In this document: piece after piece, positions 53,189 through 64,000 of the stretch
Numbering within the stretch: position 1 is the stretch's first letter
Layout of the letters: each line of letters begins with the position of its first letter
Assembly: GCA_053919585.1 (NCBI GenBank)
Contig: CM132825.1
DNA: 64,000 bases
Origin: Euprymna scolopes
Taxonomy: Eukaryota
Strand: one strand, 5' to 3'
Position numbers and translations under genes: made by a program
The notes under the pieces: model-generated
Databases searched by the model: none
Seen by the model: only the letters and a program-made list of their open reading frames with translations
Told to the model about the DNA's origin: nothing

Positions 53189-53376
53189 GAAGTGAAGCAA
53201 CCAATGTCGGAAAACCAGGGAAGCAGAAGCGGATATGTCCCGTGCCCAGTGGTTCAATCATTGACAATTGGCAAATCTGTGTGAGAAATCTTGCTGTGTC
53301 ATCACGAGAGAATCAGGCCTCTAGATTGCTCGATGGTGGAAGTGGTTACTGGCAAAGTGCAGGTTCTCAGGGAAAA
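53189..53376 (+). CDS. HERC2: HERC2 exon, start of DOC/APC10 domain
   Basis: ttttag| ... |gtgagt; (G)SEATNVGKPG...LAVSSRENQASRLLDGGSGYWQSAGSQGK, containing the DOC YWQS motif. Confidence 0.95.
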
Positions 53377-53399
53377 GTGAGTAGCTCCCTTTTTTTTTA

Positions 53400-53700
53400 T
53401 ATGTATTATTTGGATTCTTCAGACTACTGATTTCATTTTGAATGTTATTTTAACAATGCTTCAACTGATGTAACCTCTGACGTTTTTCTAGTATATCTTG
53501 TTAGACTCAGGAAACTTTGTCACACTTGAGAACCTCCATTGAATTTCAAATAGAACTCTTTATTTAATCCAGGGGAGTATCATGCTCTCATTCCATTAGT
53601 CATGACTGGGTAGAAGTTCTAAACAATTTGCCATTATATTTTGAGTATTGCCCACACTGAAGATTGAACCTCAATCTCCAGAAGAGTGTAACTTTACAAA
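53400..53700. mobile_element. Penelope-derived repeat remnant
   Basis: Shares ttggattctt..gactac, ctttatttaatcca and cactgaagattgaacct..agaagagtgtaactt with 50720-50880 and 61360-61550. Confidence 0.6.
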
Positions 53701-53737
53701 TGACAAAATTAGAACATATTACTCCCGTTACAAATAA

Positions 53738-54782
53738 TACAATGGGGAAAGAAGTGGCTGGTTACTTTTAATGCATCTAAAACCAAACTTCTGTCGTGAC
53801 ATCATCAACGTTTTGGTCCCCATCTGGCATCAATTGAAATGAATGGCTCTCATCTTGAGGGGGCTCCACGTTTTGACAAGCTTCTGGGCTTGACCGTTAC
53901 TCCTGATCTGAAATGGAACACTTATATTAAATCCGTTGCCAAGGTCGATGGAATAATGGTGGTATCCTTCTATCGATCCAGTAGATATCTCATGCTGATA
54001 CAATTCTCTACCTATATAAGAGTCAAGTATGTCCAAGGATGGAGTATTGTTGCTACATCTGGGCAGGAGCTGTTAGGAAGACTTATCCTGCCTTGACAGT
54101 TCAAAACAGATTTCGTAGCCTAGTGGAGGAATCCCTTTTCTCTTCTCTGCAACATCTTTCTCACAGAAGAGACGTTGCAAGCCTGTCTCTGTTTTATCGT
54201 TATTTTCATGGCAAGTGCTCGACTGAGCTCCAATTATAGTCCCCTCTTGCCAAACTTTCACGAGAAACACTCGTCTAGCTGAAAACACTATCAATAATTT
54301 CCCCCACCCTTTATCTGTGCCTAAACATAAACGTAGATTCCATGAACAAAACTTCTTTCTAAGAACTGCACACCTGCGGAACTCTCTTCCGTTTACCTGC
54401 TTTTCAGCTGACTACAATATGGTTGTCTTCAAGTCCAATGTAAACAAGTTCTTGATGAGCCGTACTCCTTAAGTAATCCAATTTACTAAATTTACACTTC
54501 TAACAATTACTATATTGGTTTTTTTTTTTATCACTGTACACTCTTTAACTCTTATCCTCGAGTGGCCTCTGAGCCTTGATAAGTGGTTATTCTTTTGTAA
54601 AAAAATCAAACTAGAAAGTCCAACTTAAATAAGTTCTTGATGAGCCATTCCCTTAATTTACTAAATTTCCACTATTAACAATTATTACGATATTGTCCCA
54701 TTGACTACTGTACACTCAGTAACCCTTATCCTCGAGTAGTGTCCAGGCCTTGATAAGTGGTGACTCCTTTGTAAAAAAAAAA
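53738..54782 (+). mobile_element. CR1-group LINE 5'-truncated copy 3 plus tandem second 3' end (about 54617-54782)
   Basis: Collinear with about 642-1518 but more diverged; two successive ccttatcctcgagt..ccttgataagtgg..gtaaaaaa termini. Confidence 0.9.
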
Positions 54783-54925
54783 CTGGGATTCTCTAAATGT
54801 ATATGACACTTATTTTAAATCTTAATTTATTGTTTTTGTTTCATTATATTAAATTACTTTTAAATTGGAAAACCATTTTTTTTTTTTGTTTCATATGTAT
54901 ACGTTTTTTTTTTTTTTTCTTTTAG

Positions 54926-55123
54926 CATTGGATACGACTGGAAATGCAGTCTGATATTCTTGTAAATCTCCTTCAGATGAAGGTAGAACCTGCAGATTCT
55001 AGTTACATGCCTTCACTTGTTGTTGTGAGTGGTGGCGATTCAGTGCACAACTTAAAAGAATTAAGAACTGTCAACATTGGAGTGTCCTTTACAACAGTCA
55101 CTTTGCTCGAGGACGTTATGGAA
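54926..55123 (+). CDS. HERC2: HERC2 exon, DOC/APC10 domain
   Basis: ttttag| ... |gtatgt; HWIRLEMQSDILVNLLQMKVEPADSSYMPSLVVVSGGDSVHNLKELRTVNIG...LLEDVME; 66 codons. Confidence 0.96.
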
Positions 55124-55329
55124 GTATGTAATTTTTAAATTTTGAATTAACCATTGGGAAAAAAAAAATGAAATGTTGAATATGTATTTTATATTCTAGT
55201 TTCCTTATTTTTTTATTACTTTTTAAAAAAGTTAAAAGATAACTTTTTTTTGCATATTAATTTTAAAATATGTTTTAGCATTATTCAAAAGAGATAAAAA
55301 AAATTTATTTTAATGTCTTCTTTTTACAA

Positions 55330-56100
55330 ATGAATCTAGATTTTATTTTTTAAAACTGAATAAAAAATGTCTTCTGCTATTTTTTGAAAATGAATAAAAT
55401 TGTCTTTTGTCATTTTTAAAAATGAATAAAAAAATATCTTAGTATTTTTAAAAATGAATAAAAAGATGTTAGCATTTTTAAAAATGGATAAAAATGCCCT
55501 TTGTCATTTTAAAAATGAATAAAAAATATTTTGTCATTTTTTAAATATTAATAAAAAATATCTTTTGTCATTTTTTAAATATTAATAAAAATATCTTTTG
55601 TCATTTTTTAAATATTAATAAAAAATATCTTTTGTCATTTTTTAAATATCAATAAAAAATACCTTGTCATTTTTTTAGTATGAATAAAAAAAATTTTGTA
55701 ATTTTTAAAAATGAATAAAAATATCTTTCTTAAAAATGAACAAAAATATTTTATTTTTTATATGAATAAAACTTTTTAATTTTTAATATGAATAAAAATT
55801 TTTAATATGGATAAAAAATTTTAATATGAATAAATATCTTTTTTTATGAATAAAAAATCTTTTTTTAAAAATGAATAAAAATAATTTATTTTTTAATGTG
55901 AATACATTTTTAAAAAATTTTAAATATGAATAAAAGCTATCTTATTATAAATTAATCAAAAATATCTTTTGTCTTTTTGTAAATGAATAAAGAATCTTAT
56001 TTTGTTTTTAAAAATCTTTTGTGATTTAGAAGAATAAAAGTATATTTGAACATTTTTTTTAATAAGACATTTTTATTTAAACTGAATAATAGATAATATC
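55330..56100. repeat. Degenerate AT-rich minisatellite (about 30-34 bp)
   Basis: Recurrent aaaaatgaataaaaaatatcttttgtcatttttt variants. Confidence 0.85.
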
Positions 56101-56575
56101 AGTTAAATATAGTTAAATATTAATTCTACTGTAAATAAAAATAAGTTTTATTTCTAGAAATGATGTTTATTTAATTATTATTGCTTACTAAAAATACTCT
56201 GGAAATTACATGGTGGCTTATTTGCAGTCTTTTGTCTTACTGCAAAAATACATTTTTTTTCTAATCACACAAAATACATGGTAAAATATTCCTAAGTTTT
56301 GGATTGTGTTATGCTTGAAAAAAAAAATTATTCGAATTGTACATAATTGGCAATAAACTAATCAAGTTATTCATCACTTAATTCCTCTGATGTTTCCTAT
56401 GTTGTTTGATGTTTCTGTAATTTTATACTAGCCGAGCTATCCGACATTGCTCAAGGCAAAAAAAATAACATAACTTCTATAACACTCTCTTTAAAATTCC
56501 ATAGAATAAGGAAAAAACATGTTCCTATATTCCTTTCGATGATTCAATAGATAATATAATTTTTGCTCATTATTT

Positions 56576-56639
<64 letters not shown>

Positions 56640-57473
56640 TATAACCATTGTGAGGAGTCTGCATTCTCCCTGTATCATTAACTTGGTAGTCGAAAAACAA
56701 AGTAAATCCCCTCCCAAAATTATAACAAAAGGGCAAGGAGAACGACGTCCCTCCCATCTCTTTTGCTAACTAAACAAAAGTACCCTCCCATGGTCAAGTG
56801 GGTCAGTTGTGTACAACCAGGGTCTGCTTAATTAAATTGTTAGTATTTGTTTTTCTTACGGATGTTTCATTGGACAACAGGGATAATTCCTGCTTGTTTT
56901 TTTTGTGATCCATTTTTTCCCTTTGGCAGGCCAATGTTCGAATGCTGTGTTTGGTTGTAAAAAGAAATTTGCCACAGCCACAAATGTTTTCAACTCCCAT
57001 AAGTCGTCCTCAGGCGTAGGATGAATTAAATAAATTGGGTGTTGTAGATTTATTGAAAAAGGCGATTAAAAGCCTTTAAAATCACAAGTGTACAGTCTCC
57101 TCCTTCATATTGAGCCTAGCTGATGGTTGGTTTGTTTATGCTTCTGTGATGAGGAGATGCAGGTTACAATGGGAGACATTTAGTTGTACATCCCTCTCCC
57201 TGATGATGATCCATGTGGGAGTGCCAATGAACACAACAATAAGTGTTTTTTTGTTTTTGTTTGTTTTTTAGGGTTTTTTTTTTTTTCAGACTTTACATAT
57301 CTCCATTTCCTTAAATTTTTTTTTCTTCTCCAAATCTTTTTTCATTCCATATAAAAAACTTTTCAACAGTTTCTTTTGAGGAATATAAATTTATCTCTGA
57401 GGAGTTTTTTTAGCAGTCTTCTGCTATTTAATGAGACATGTATAAGACATTACATAAAAAACCCTTATGCATG

Positions 57474-57516
<43 letters not shown>

Positions 57517-57623
57517 CCTATTTGGTTTTATCAAGCTTTTATATCTGGCTGAGATAATTTTATAAATATTAATTCTTTAATATTTATAATTTCCTTTAAT
57601 TTTACCATCTTTGATCATTTTGG

Positions 57624-57752
57624 NNNNNNNNNNNNNNNNNNNNNNNNNNNNNNNNNNNNNNNNNNNNNNNNNNNNNNNNNNNNNNNNNNNNNNNNNNNNN
57701 NNNNNNNNNNNNNNNNNNNNNNNNNNNNNNNNNNNNNNNNNNNNNNNNNNNN
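57624..57752. other. Assembly gap (129 N)
   Basis: Run of n in the sequence. Confidence 1.
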
Positions 57753-57987
57753 CATATTTAATTTAAAAAAGGAAGTACAAAATAAGTGAATAGTCCTTAA
57801 TCCGCGGAGTTTCAAAGAAATACTATAAATATATATATATATATATATATATAAAGAGAGAGAGAGAGAGTGCTACAGCTTCACACCATTGCAAACATTA
57901 TCTAAATACTTAATTAGTAAATGAAAAATACTGTTTTTTGTCCAATTTTAATCTTAAAAATTTTTTTTTTCTCTCTCTTTTTAAAAG

Positions 57988-58269
57988 TACTACAGATTTA
58001 TTGAGATCGCAATCAAGCAATGCCGCAGCAGTGGTATTGATTGTAAAGTACATGGCCTGTCTATAGTTGGTCGACGGAAGGCTGATGAAGATGACACTGC
58101 AGCCAACTTTGCTTTTCTTGCATCTGATGATGAAGAGGAGGACCGCAGCAGCTCACTGCAAACTTGTCGAAAGAAAACGCGGTCATCAGGCTACAGAGAA
58201 ATCCAAACACATGTACTTGTTTGGGGATTAAATGATAAAGATCAACTTGGTGGACCGAAAGGATCAAAA
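57988..58269 (+). CDS. HERC2: HERC2 exon, end of DOC, acidic linker and start of RCC1-like domain 2
   Basis: ttaaaag| ... |gtaatt; YYRFIEIAIKQCRSSGIDCKVHGL...FLASDDEEED...VLVWGLNDKDQLGGPKGSK; 94 codons. Confidence 0.96.
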
Positions 58270-58569
58270 GTAATTATTTGACTTTATTTGAATTTGTTTT
58301 TTATTTTTAGAATTTGTGTCTAGTTTTATGTTCCCTCACAAACTCACCCTTATCCTAGAGTGGTTTTTCAGCCTTGATAACCAATGACTTGTATATTGAA
58401 CATGAGTACCTCCGGCTTCCTCCTTACAAGAATATTATTGGTTGGTTTAGCCATAAATATTGACTGGTAGAATCACCTGGGAGAGATGTTGACAGGTATG
58501 TTACAAGCCTCATGTTTAAGGATATACCAGCTCCGACTACGAACACTGGTTTAGTAAGGTGACTTATCA

Positions 58570-58748
58570 GATTATTTGTATCATTTAGATTCATCGGACT
58601 ACTGTTCTCGTCTTGATTGTTTTTTCACAACGTTTCAGTTGATGTAACGTGTGAAACGTTGTGAAAATGACACTCAAGATGAGAACAGTAGTCATATAAA
58701 TCCAAATAATACGAATAACAAATCCTTATCTAAAAAAATTCAGAAACG
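58570..58748. mobile_element. Penelope-derived fold-back element lacking the CUGANGA half of the core
   Basis: gactactgttctcgtcttga..ttcacaacgtttca / tgaaacgttgtgaa..tcaagatgagaacagtagtc; same terminal ctcatct/cttatct-aaaaa motif as 10149-10326. Confidence 0.7.
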
Positions 58749-58989
58749 TCTTACCAGATTATCACTCATATATGTAACCAAGACCACTCAGCTGCTTCAA
58801 ACGAATATATCCCTTTTGTGGGGTATATCAAACTTGTCAGGAAAAAAAGAAATTAAAAAAATAAAAGCATCCAACTTTTTTTTGTAACTTCTTTAAAAAA
58901 AAAATGTTTGCCACTGATCTGTTATCTTCAATAAACAGGATAATCAAAGACAAATGGAAGAAGTGTGACAAAAGAAAGGAAAAAAGGTT

Positions 58990-60367
58990 ATCATCAGAAC
59001 AATGGATAGGAAGTTGTTCACAAAGGCACACAAAGGAAAGCTGACATGGGATTGTTGGTTAAGTGCGGCAATAAATGGGAACGAAAGGAACATATATGTT
59101 TAGAGTTATTTTACAGGAAATTTTAGGTGTGACGATGGGTTTTGTGACAGTTCACGACATACTTGAATTTATAATGGTTGACAACACTTTGGGATAGTCT
59201 TGGGTTTGTAACAGTTGATGATAATTGGGGACAGTCTTTGGTTTGTGACAATTGGCAACAGTTGGAGACAGTCTTTGGTTTGTGAAAATCGAGAACAGTT
59301 GCATCTGATGAGAATTGTGAGTTGGACATAGTTGATAGCAGGTTGCCGCTTGGACAAGATTGAGAGATCTTTAAGAGGAACAAAACTATGAATAATCCTT
59401 TAATCACAAAAATATTAAACACGATCACCTCCATCTATAACAAGAAGCAGAGTAACATCAAATTATACAGGATACTGAGTTATATCGGCATTTGTGGAAA
59501 TGAAAAAAATGTGGATAGAGCGGCAAAATAATCATTTAACATCATACTTACTAATACTAAAATTCCATACACTGATCATCAGAACAATGGATAGGAAGTT
59601 GTTCACAAAGGCACACAAAGGAAAGCTGACATGGGATTGTTGGTTAAGTGCGGCAATAAATGGGAACGAAAGGAACATATATGTTTAGAGTTATTTTACA
59701 GGAAATTTTAGGTGTGACGATGGGTTTTGTGACAGTTCACGACATACTTGAATTTATAATGGTTGACAACACTTTGGGATAGTCTTGGGTTTGTAACAGT
59801 TGATGATAATTGGGGACAGTCTTTGGTTTGTGACAATTGGCAACAGTTGGAGACAGTCTTTGGTTTGTGAAAATCGAGAACAGTTGCATCTGATGAGAAT
59901 TGTGAGTTGGACATAGTTGATAGCAGGTTGCCGCTTGGACAAGATTGAGAGATCTTTAAGAGGAACAAAACTATGAATAATCCTTTAATCACAAAAATAT
60001 TAAACACGATCACCTCCATCTATAACAAGAAGCAGAGTAACATCAAATTATACAGGATACTGAGTTATATCGGCATTTGTGGAAATGAAAAAAATGTGGA
60101 TAGAGCGGCAAAATAATCATTTAACATCATACTTACTAATACTAAAATTCCATACACTGATCATCAGAACAATGGATAGGAAGTTGTTCACAAAGGCACA
60201 CAAAGGAAAGCTGACATGGGATTGTTGGTTAAGTGCGGCAATAAATGGGAACGAAAGGAACATATATGTTTAGAGTTATTTTACAGGAAATTTTAGGTGT
60301 GACGATGGGTTTTGTGACAGTTCACGACATACTTGAATTTATAATGGTTGACAACACTTTGGGATAG
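58990..60367. repeat. 585-bp tandem duplication, about 2.35 apparently identical copies
   Basis: Units start at 58991, 59576 and 60161; the ORF track shows identical ORFs offset by 585. Confidence 0.97.
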
Positions 60368-61354
60368 ATAGGGATCTATCATCTTCTGTAAACAGGATAA
60401 TCAAAGACAAATGGCAAGAATCTTGGAATGAATGCCAAAGTAATAAATTAGACTAGATTTGGCCAACTTTTGATGAATGACCACTAGGCTACAGCAAGAA
60501 GGGAATATAAAGAGGTTGTAGTAGCCAGACTGTATACGATATACACATATTAATTGCAAACAATTTTTTAAAGATGAAGAGTCTTCAATGTGTATATAAT
60601 CCTCAGAATCATTTATAGTCAAGCATATATTAATAGACAGTCAGTGCCGACAGCAAAACCAAAGGAAATACTGCAACTTGAAAAATTTAAAGACCTGTTT
60701 AAAGACATAAGTCCGGTTGCAATATTAGCTCATAAGGGAAGGGCAAGGAAAACATGGGAGGAAGTGATAAGAAGACACTTGTAAGGGCAAGGGATAAAGA
60801 CCTGGTCAGAGATAGGATAGTTTGGAAGTCAATTAGTTTTGTTACACTGCTGGTATATTTTGTTTTTCCAAAATTAATTTCAATTTAATACTTGGTTCTT
60901 GCCCAGAATTCACCCTATATATTAAAGAACAAAAATAAAGAAAAATCTGTATGATACACGTGACAAAAAACGGAAATATCATATTCCAAAAATCATGTAA
61001 ATTGATCAGGTAGTTTTATTTTTATAAAGAAAGTCATTTTAAGTGATTAATGGGAATTCGTAAGCATTTAAACAGGACTTTTGTAGGTATGGATTGTTGT
61101 TATCTCCCTTGTTTATTTTTATTGTTTTCAACATGGCGGGCTAGAGTCATTCCTCAGATGCTCATAAAATTTCATTTTCTTAGTTAGAAATAAGACTACT
61201 TGATCAATTTACATGATTTTTGAAATATGTTTTCGTTTTGTCATAGGTACATACATCATATAAATTTTTCTTTATTTTCGTTTTTTAATATAAGAATTCT
61301 GGACAAGAACCTAACAATTTTCTGTTTCTACCATGTTTTTAATTTTGCTGTTCA

Positions 61355-61720
61355 TATTATTTGGATTCTTAGGATTACTATTCTCATTTTGAGTATCATT
61401 TTCACAATGTTTTAGTAGAAATAGCCTCTGACTTTCTTCGGGTATATTTTGCCAAACTCTGGAATGTTTCTGTCAAATTCGGGAATCTGCACAGAATTTT
61501 GAGTGGAACCCTTTATTTAATCCATGAGGGTAATATGCTCTGGTTCCATGCAGATTTCCAAGTTCAGCAGAAAGATTCCCTAGTTGAACAAGATGCTACA
61601 CCTGGAGAAGGTCGGAGGTTACATCAACCAAAAAGTTGTGAGAATAACTCAAGATGAGAATAATAGTCTGAAAATCCAAGTAATACAAATATTCAAACTG
61701 GTCAGTCAAAAATTCAGGAA
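61355..61720. mobile_element. Penelope-derived fold-back element with decayed hammerhead cores
   Basis: Arms ttggattcttaggattactattctcattttgagt / actcaagatgagaataatagtctgaaaatccaa; acacctggagaaggtcgg is a decayed acacctgacgaaggccgg. Confidence 0.68.
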
Positions 61721-61766
61721 TATGATTTTGCTGCTATTTTTAATTTTAATTTTTTTTTCTTTGCAG

Positions 61767-61848
61767 ATTAAATTACCATTCTTGAATGAGACTTTATCAT
61801 CATTAAAATGTGTACAGATTGCTGGAGGCTCAAAAAGTTTGTTTTGTG
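61767..61848 (+). CDS. HERC2: HERC2 exon, RCC1-like domain 2
   Basis: ttgcag| ... |gtaagg; IKLPFLNETLSSLKCVQIAGGSKSLFC. Confidence 0.95.
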
Positions 61849-62179
61849 GTAAGGCTATAATTTCAATCGGAAGAATTTCCTGTTTAAATTTATTGTATTT
61901 TCAAATGCAATCCTGTAATAATTCAAAACATTATGAATCTTCATTTACATTAGGTATGTTTTTTAAAAGGGTTATTTCATGAATTTAGTTTCATAATCCA
62001 GTGATTCGCCATTACTGCAGTTACCTCCCCTGCTATTTATCTTCTAGCATAGCACTACCAGAAGCGGTGATATGGCAAATCATTTCCTTTACTTTTTTCT
62101 CTCCCTCCTATATTTCCCTTTTTATTATGTTTTCTGATTGTTTTTTTTTATTTAATAATCATTCAAAAGTTTTTTAAAA

Positions 62180-62640
62180 ACATGGGTTGCATTAGATAAG
62201 CTGCAGTCAAGACTTGAAGGCTAATAAACTGAAAAGGCAGTTCTTCAGAGCAGTGGTAAAGTCTGTTCTTGTTTACAGTGTTACAACCTGGACACTCATC
62301 AAAAGATTGGAAAGAAAGCTGGGTGGCATGTACATCCATATGCTACAAACAGTGTTAAATATATCTTGGCAAGATCATCCTGTGAAACAGCAACTTTATG
62401 GCAACCTACCTGCCATATCTACTATCATCAGGGAGCAATGTCTACAATTTGTCAGTCACTGCAAGAGGAGCAAACAAGACCTGGTGAGACATGTATTGCT
62501 GTGGACTCCATGGGATGAGTGCATGAACATAGTGTGACCTAGATCCACGTACGTTCAACAAATTGTACGTGATGCCAACTGTGATCCTGAAGATCTGAGG
62601 CAACTGATGGGAGACAGGGACATCTGGAGAGAGTCAGAGA
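62180..62640 (+). mobile_element. RTE-clade LINE 3' fragment
   Basis: LKRQFFRAVVKSVLVYSVTTWTL..LQTVLNISWQDHPVKQQLYGNLP. Confidence 0.82.
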
Positions 62641-63480
62641 TAGATAAATAGACAAATAATAAAAAGAAAAACTTATTTGTTGCATTTCTGCTGCGTGTAA
62701 AAGAACGAGGATACTTTGATAAATAAAAATATAATACATCTTTATTTTTGGTCACGATTATCGACGATTGGTGTTAGGAAAGAGATGTACACACAAATAT
62801 TCAATGAATCGATTCTTCTTGGACCAATCATCAACCAACAATGGTATCCTTTTTGGTTATATAACCATTTGTGATCACCTGAAATGCACTTTTTGGGAGA
62901 TGGTATTGTGACTGTTACCATACCCCAAAGGCGTTTTATTCAGCCATCATCATTAACTGGATTGACCCGACTTTTATTACACCTGTGTAACCTTTTGCCA
63001 AAATGACCATTCAAACACACTTAACTTTTCTTTCTGACAATTTCAAGTTTCCTTGCTTCTTCATGCAGTTAGGATCATAATTTTTTATTCAAATTACCTG
63101 TTGGTACATTTGATAATTATTATTTTTCTTACCGGTGTAAGCTTTTGTCTAAACTATCTCTTGGTACACACAGTTTAGGTATTAATAAGCTGTCAGGTTC
63201 ATAATTTTTATTCAAATGACATTTTGGTACATTTGATAATTATTACTTTTGTCAAAAAATTACTTCACGGTACACACAGCCCAGATATCCAACATATTTT
63301 TATGACATTGTGTTGTATCTGCTTATTTCTTGCATGAATTTTAACAAAGTTACCTTTTATTGAGAATCAGTATTAATGAATACCTTTGCAAATCCAGATT
63401 TATGGAATACTCTTTTAAAAGTTTAACTGAATGAGTAAAATTCTATAATAAATTGCGTTTTATATTTACTTATATTTCAG

Positions 63481-63624
63481 TTACCCAGGAAGGAAAAGTG
63501 TATGCCTGCGGAGAAGCTACAAATGGCAGACTTGGTCTGGGAAATCCCAGTGGAAGTGTTCCTGTTCCAAGGCAAATAACATCACTTAGCCAATATGTCA
63601 TAAAAAAAGTAGCTGTGCATTCAG
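63481..63624 (+). CDS. HERC2: HERC2 exon, RCC1-like domain 2
   Basis: tttcag| ... |gtaaac; (V)[47 protein letters not shown], an RCC1 repeat. Confidence 0.96.
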
Positions 63625-63664
63625 GTAAACTGTTACATAATCTCTGTCTCTTATATATATGTTG

Positions 63665-64000
63665 TCAGGTCATGTCATATGCTACTGGTACCATGTAACC
63701 CAGTACTACGTGCCTCATGGTTGGGTCACCGGCGACTAAACTGGTTTCCCCACCAGACTGGTTTGGTGAGGAGGCCGGTTAGTCTGAAGGATTAAAAACA
63801 AGACCTTCCAAAGGGTGAATGAACCCTTTTTCGGGGTCAACGGCAAACTAGCACTGTGTGTGTTTGTGTGTGTGTTGGTGTGGAGAGGACTCCCATAAGC
63901 CGTGGTGAAGGCAACCTTTCTAGGAGAAGCAAATCTCTGATTTAAAAAAAAAACATTAAGCGGGAGACCAGTACCCGCATTAAGCTGGTCTGCAGTTAAA
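63665..64000 (+). mobile_element. Probable RTE-clade 5' UTR fragment
   Basis: GC-richer block aacccagtactacgtgcctc..ggtttggtgaggaggccgg..aaggcaacctttctaggagaag resembles recalled RTE 5' ends; no coding evidence within the window. Confidence 0.4.

Noticed and set aside
59300-59345. ctgatgag in the 585-bp unit as a retrozyme-type hammerhead
   Set aside because: No GAAA after a plausible stem II and no stem I/III pairing found.
59123-60273. Duplicated 103-aa ORF with a signal-peptide-like start and Cys repeats
   Set aside because: No recognisable family or splice structure; periodicity is explained by DNA subrepeats; antisense within an intron.

Overview
AT-rich animal genomic DNA; the repeat content suggests a cephalopod mollusc (inference). 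The + strand carries 11 internal exons of the giant E3 ubiquitin ligase gene HERC2, covering the end of the UBA-like region, the CPH domain, an SH3-like repeat, the ZZ zinc finger, the DOC/APC10 domain and the start of the second RCC1-like domain. All have GT-AG boundaries with consistent phases; the gene starts and ends outside the window. One 32.2-kb intron is about 92% occupied by a 29.6-kb array of about 593 near-identical 50-bp units. The unit is a slice of the zinc-knuckle coding region of a decayed RLE-type (R4/Dong-like) retrotransposon, whose reading frame continues on both sides of the array. The introns also hold CR1-like, RTE and I/Nimb-like LINE remnants, two Tc1/mariner relics, MITEs, Helentron-like elements, a SINE with TSD, a degenerate 5S-like copy, a 585-bp tandem duplication, and several Penelope-type fragments with hammerhead ribozyme motifs, one of them inside a near-perfect 116-bp-arm palindrome. 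There is one assembly gap. All alignments, translations and RNA folds were done by eye.
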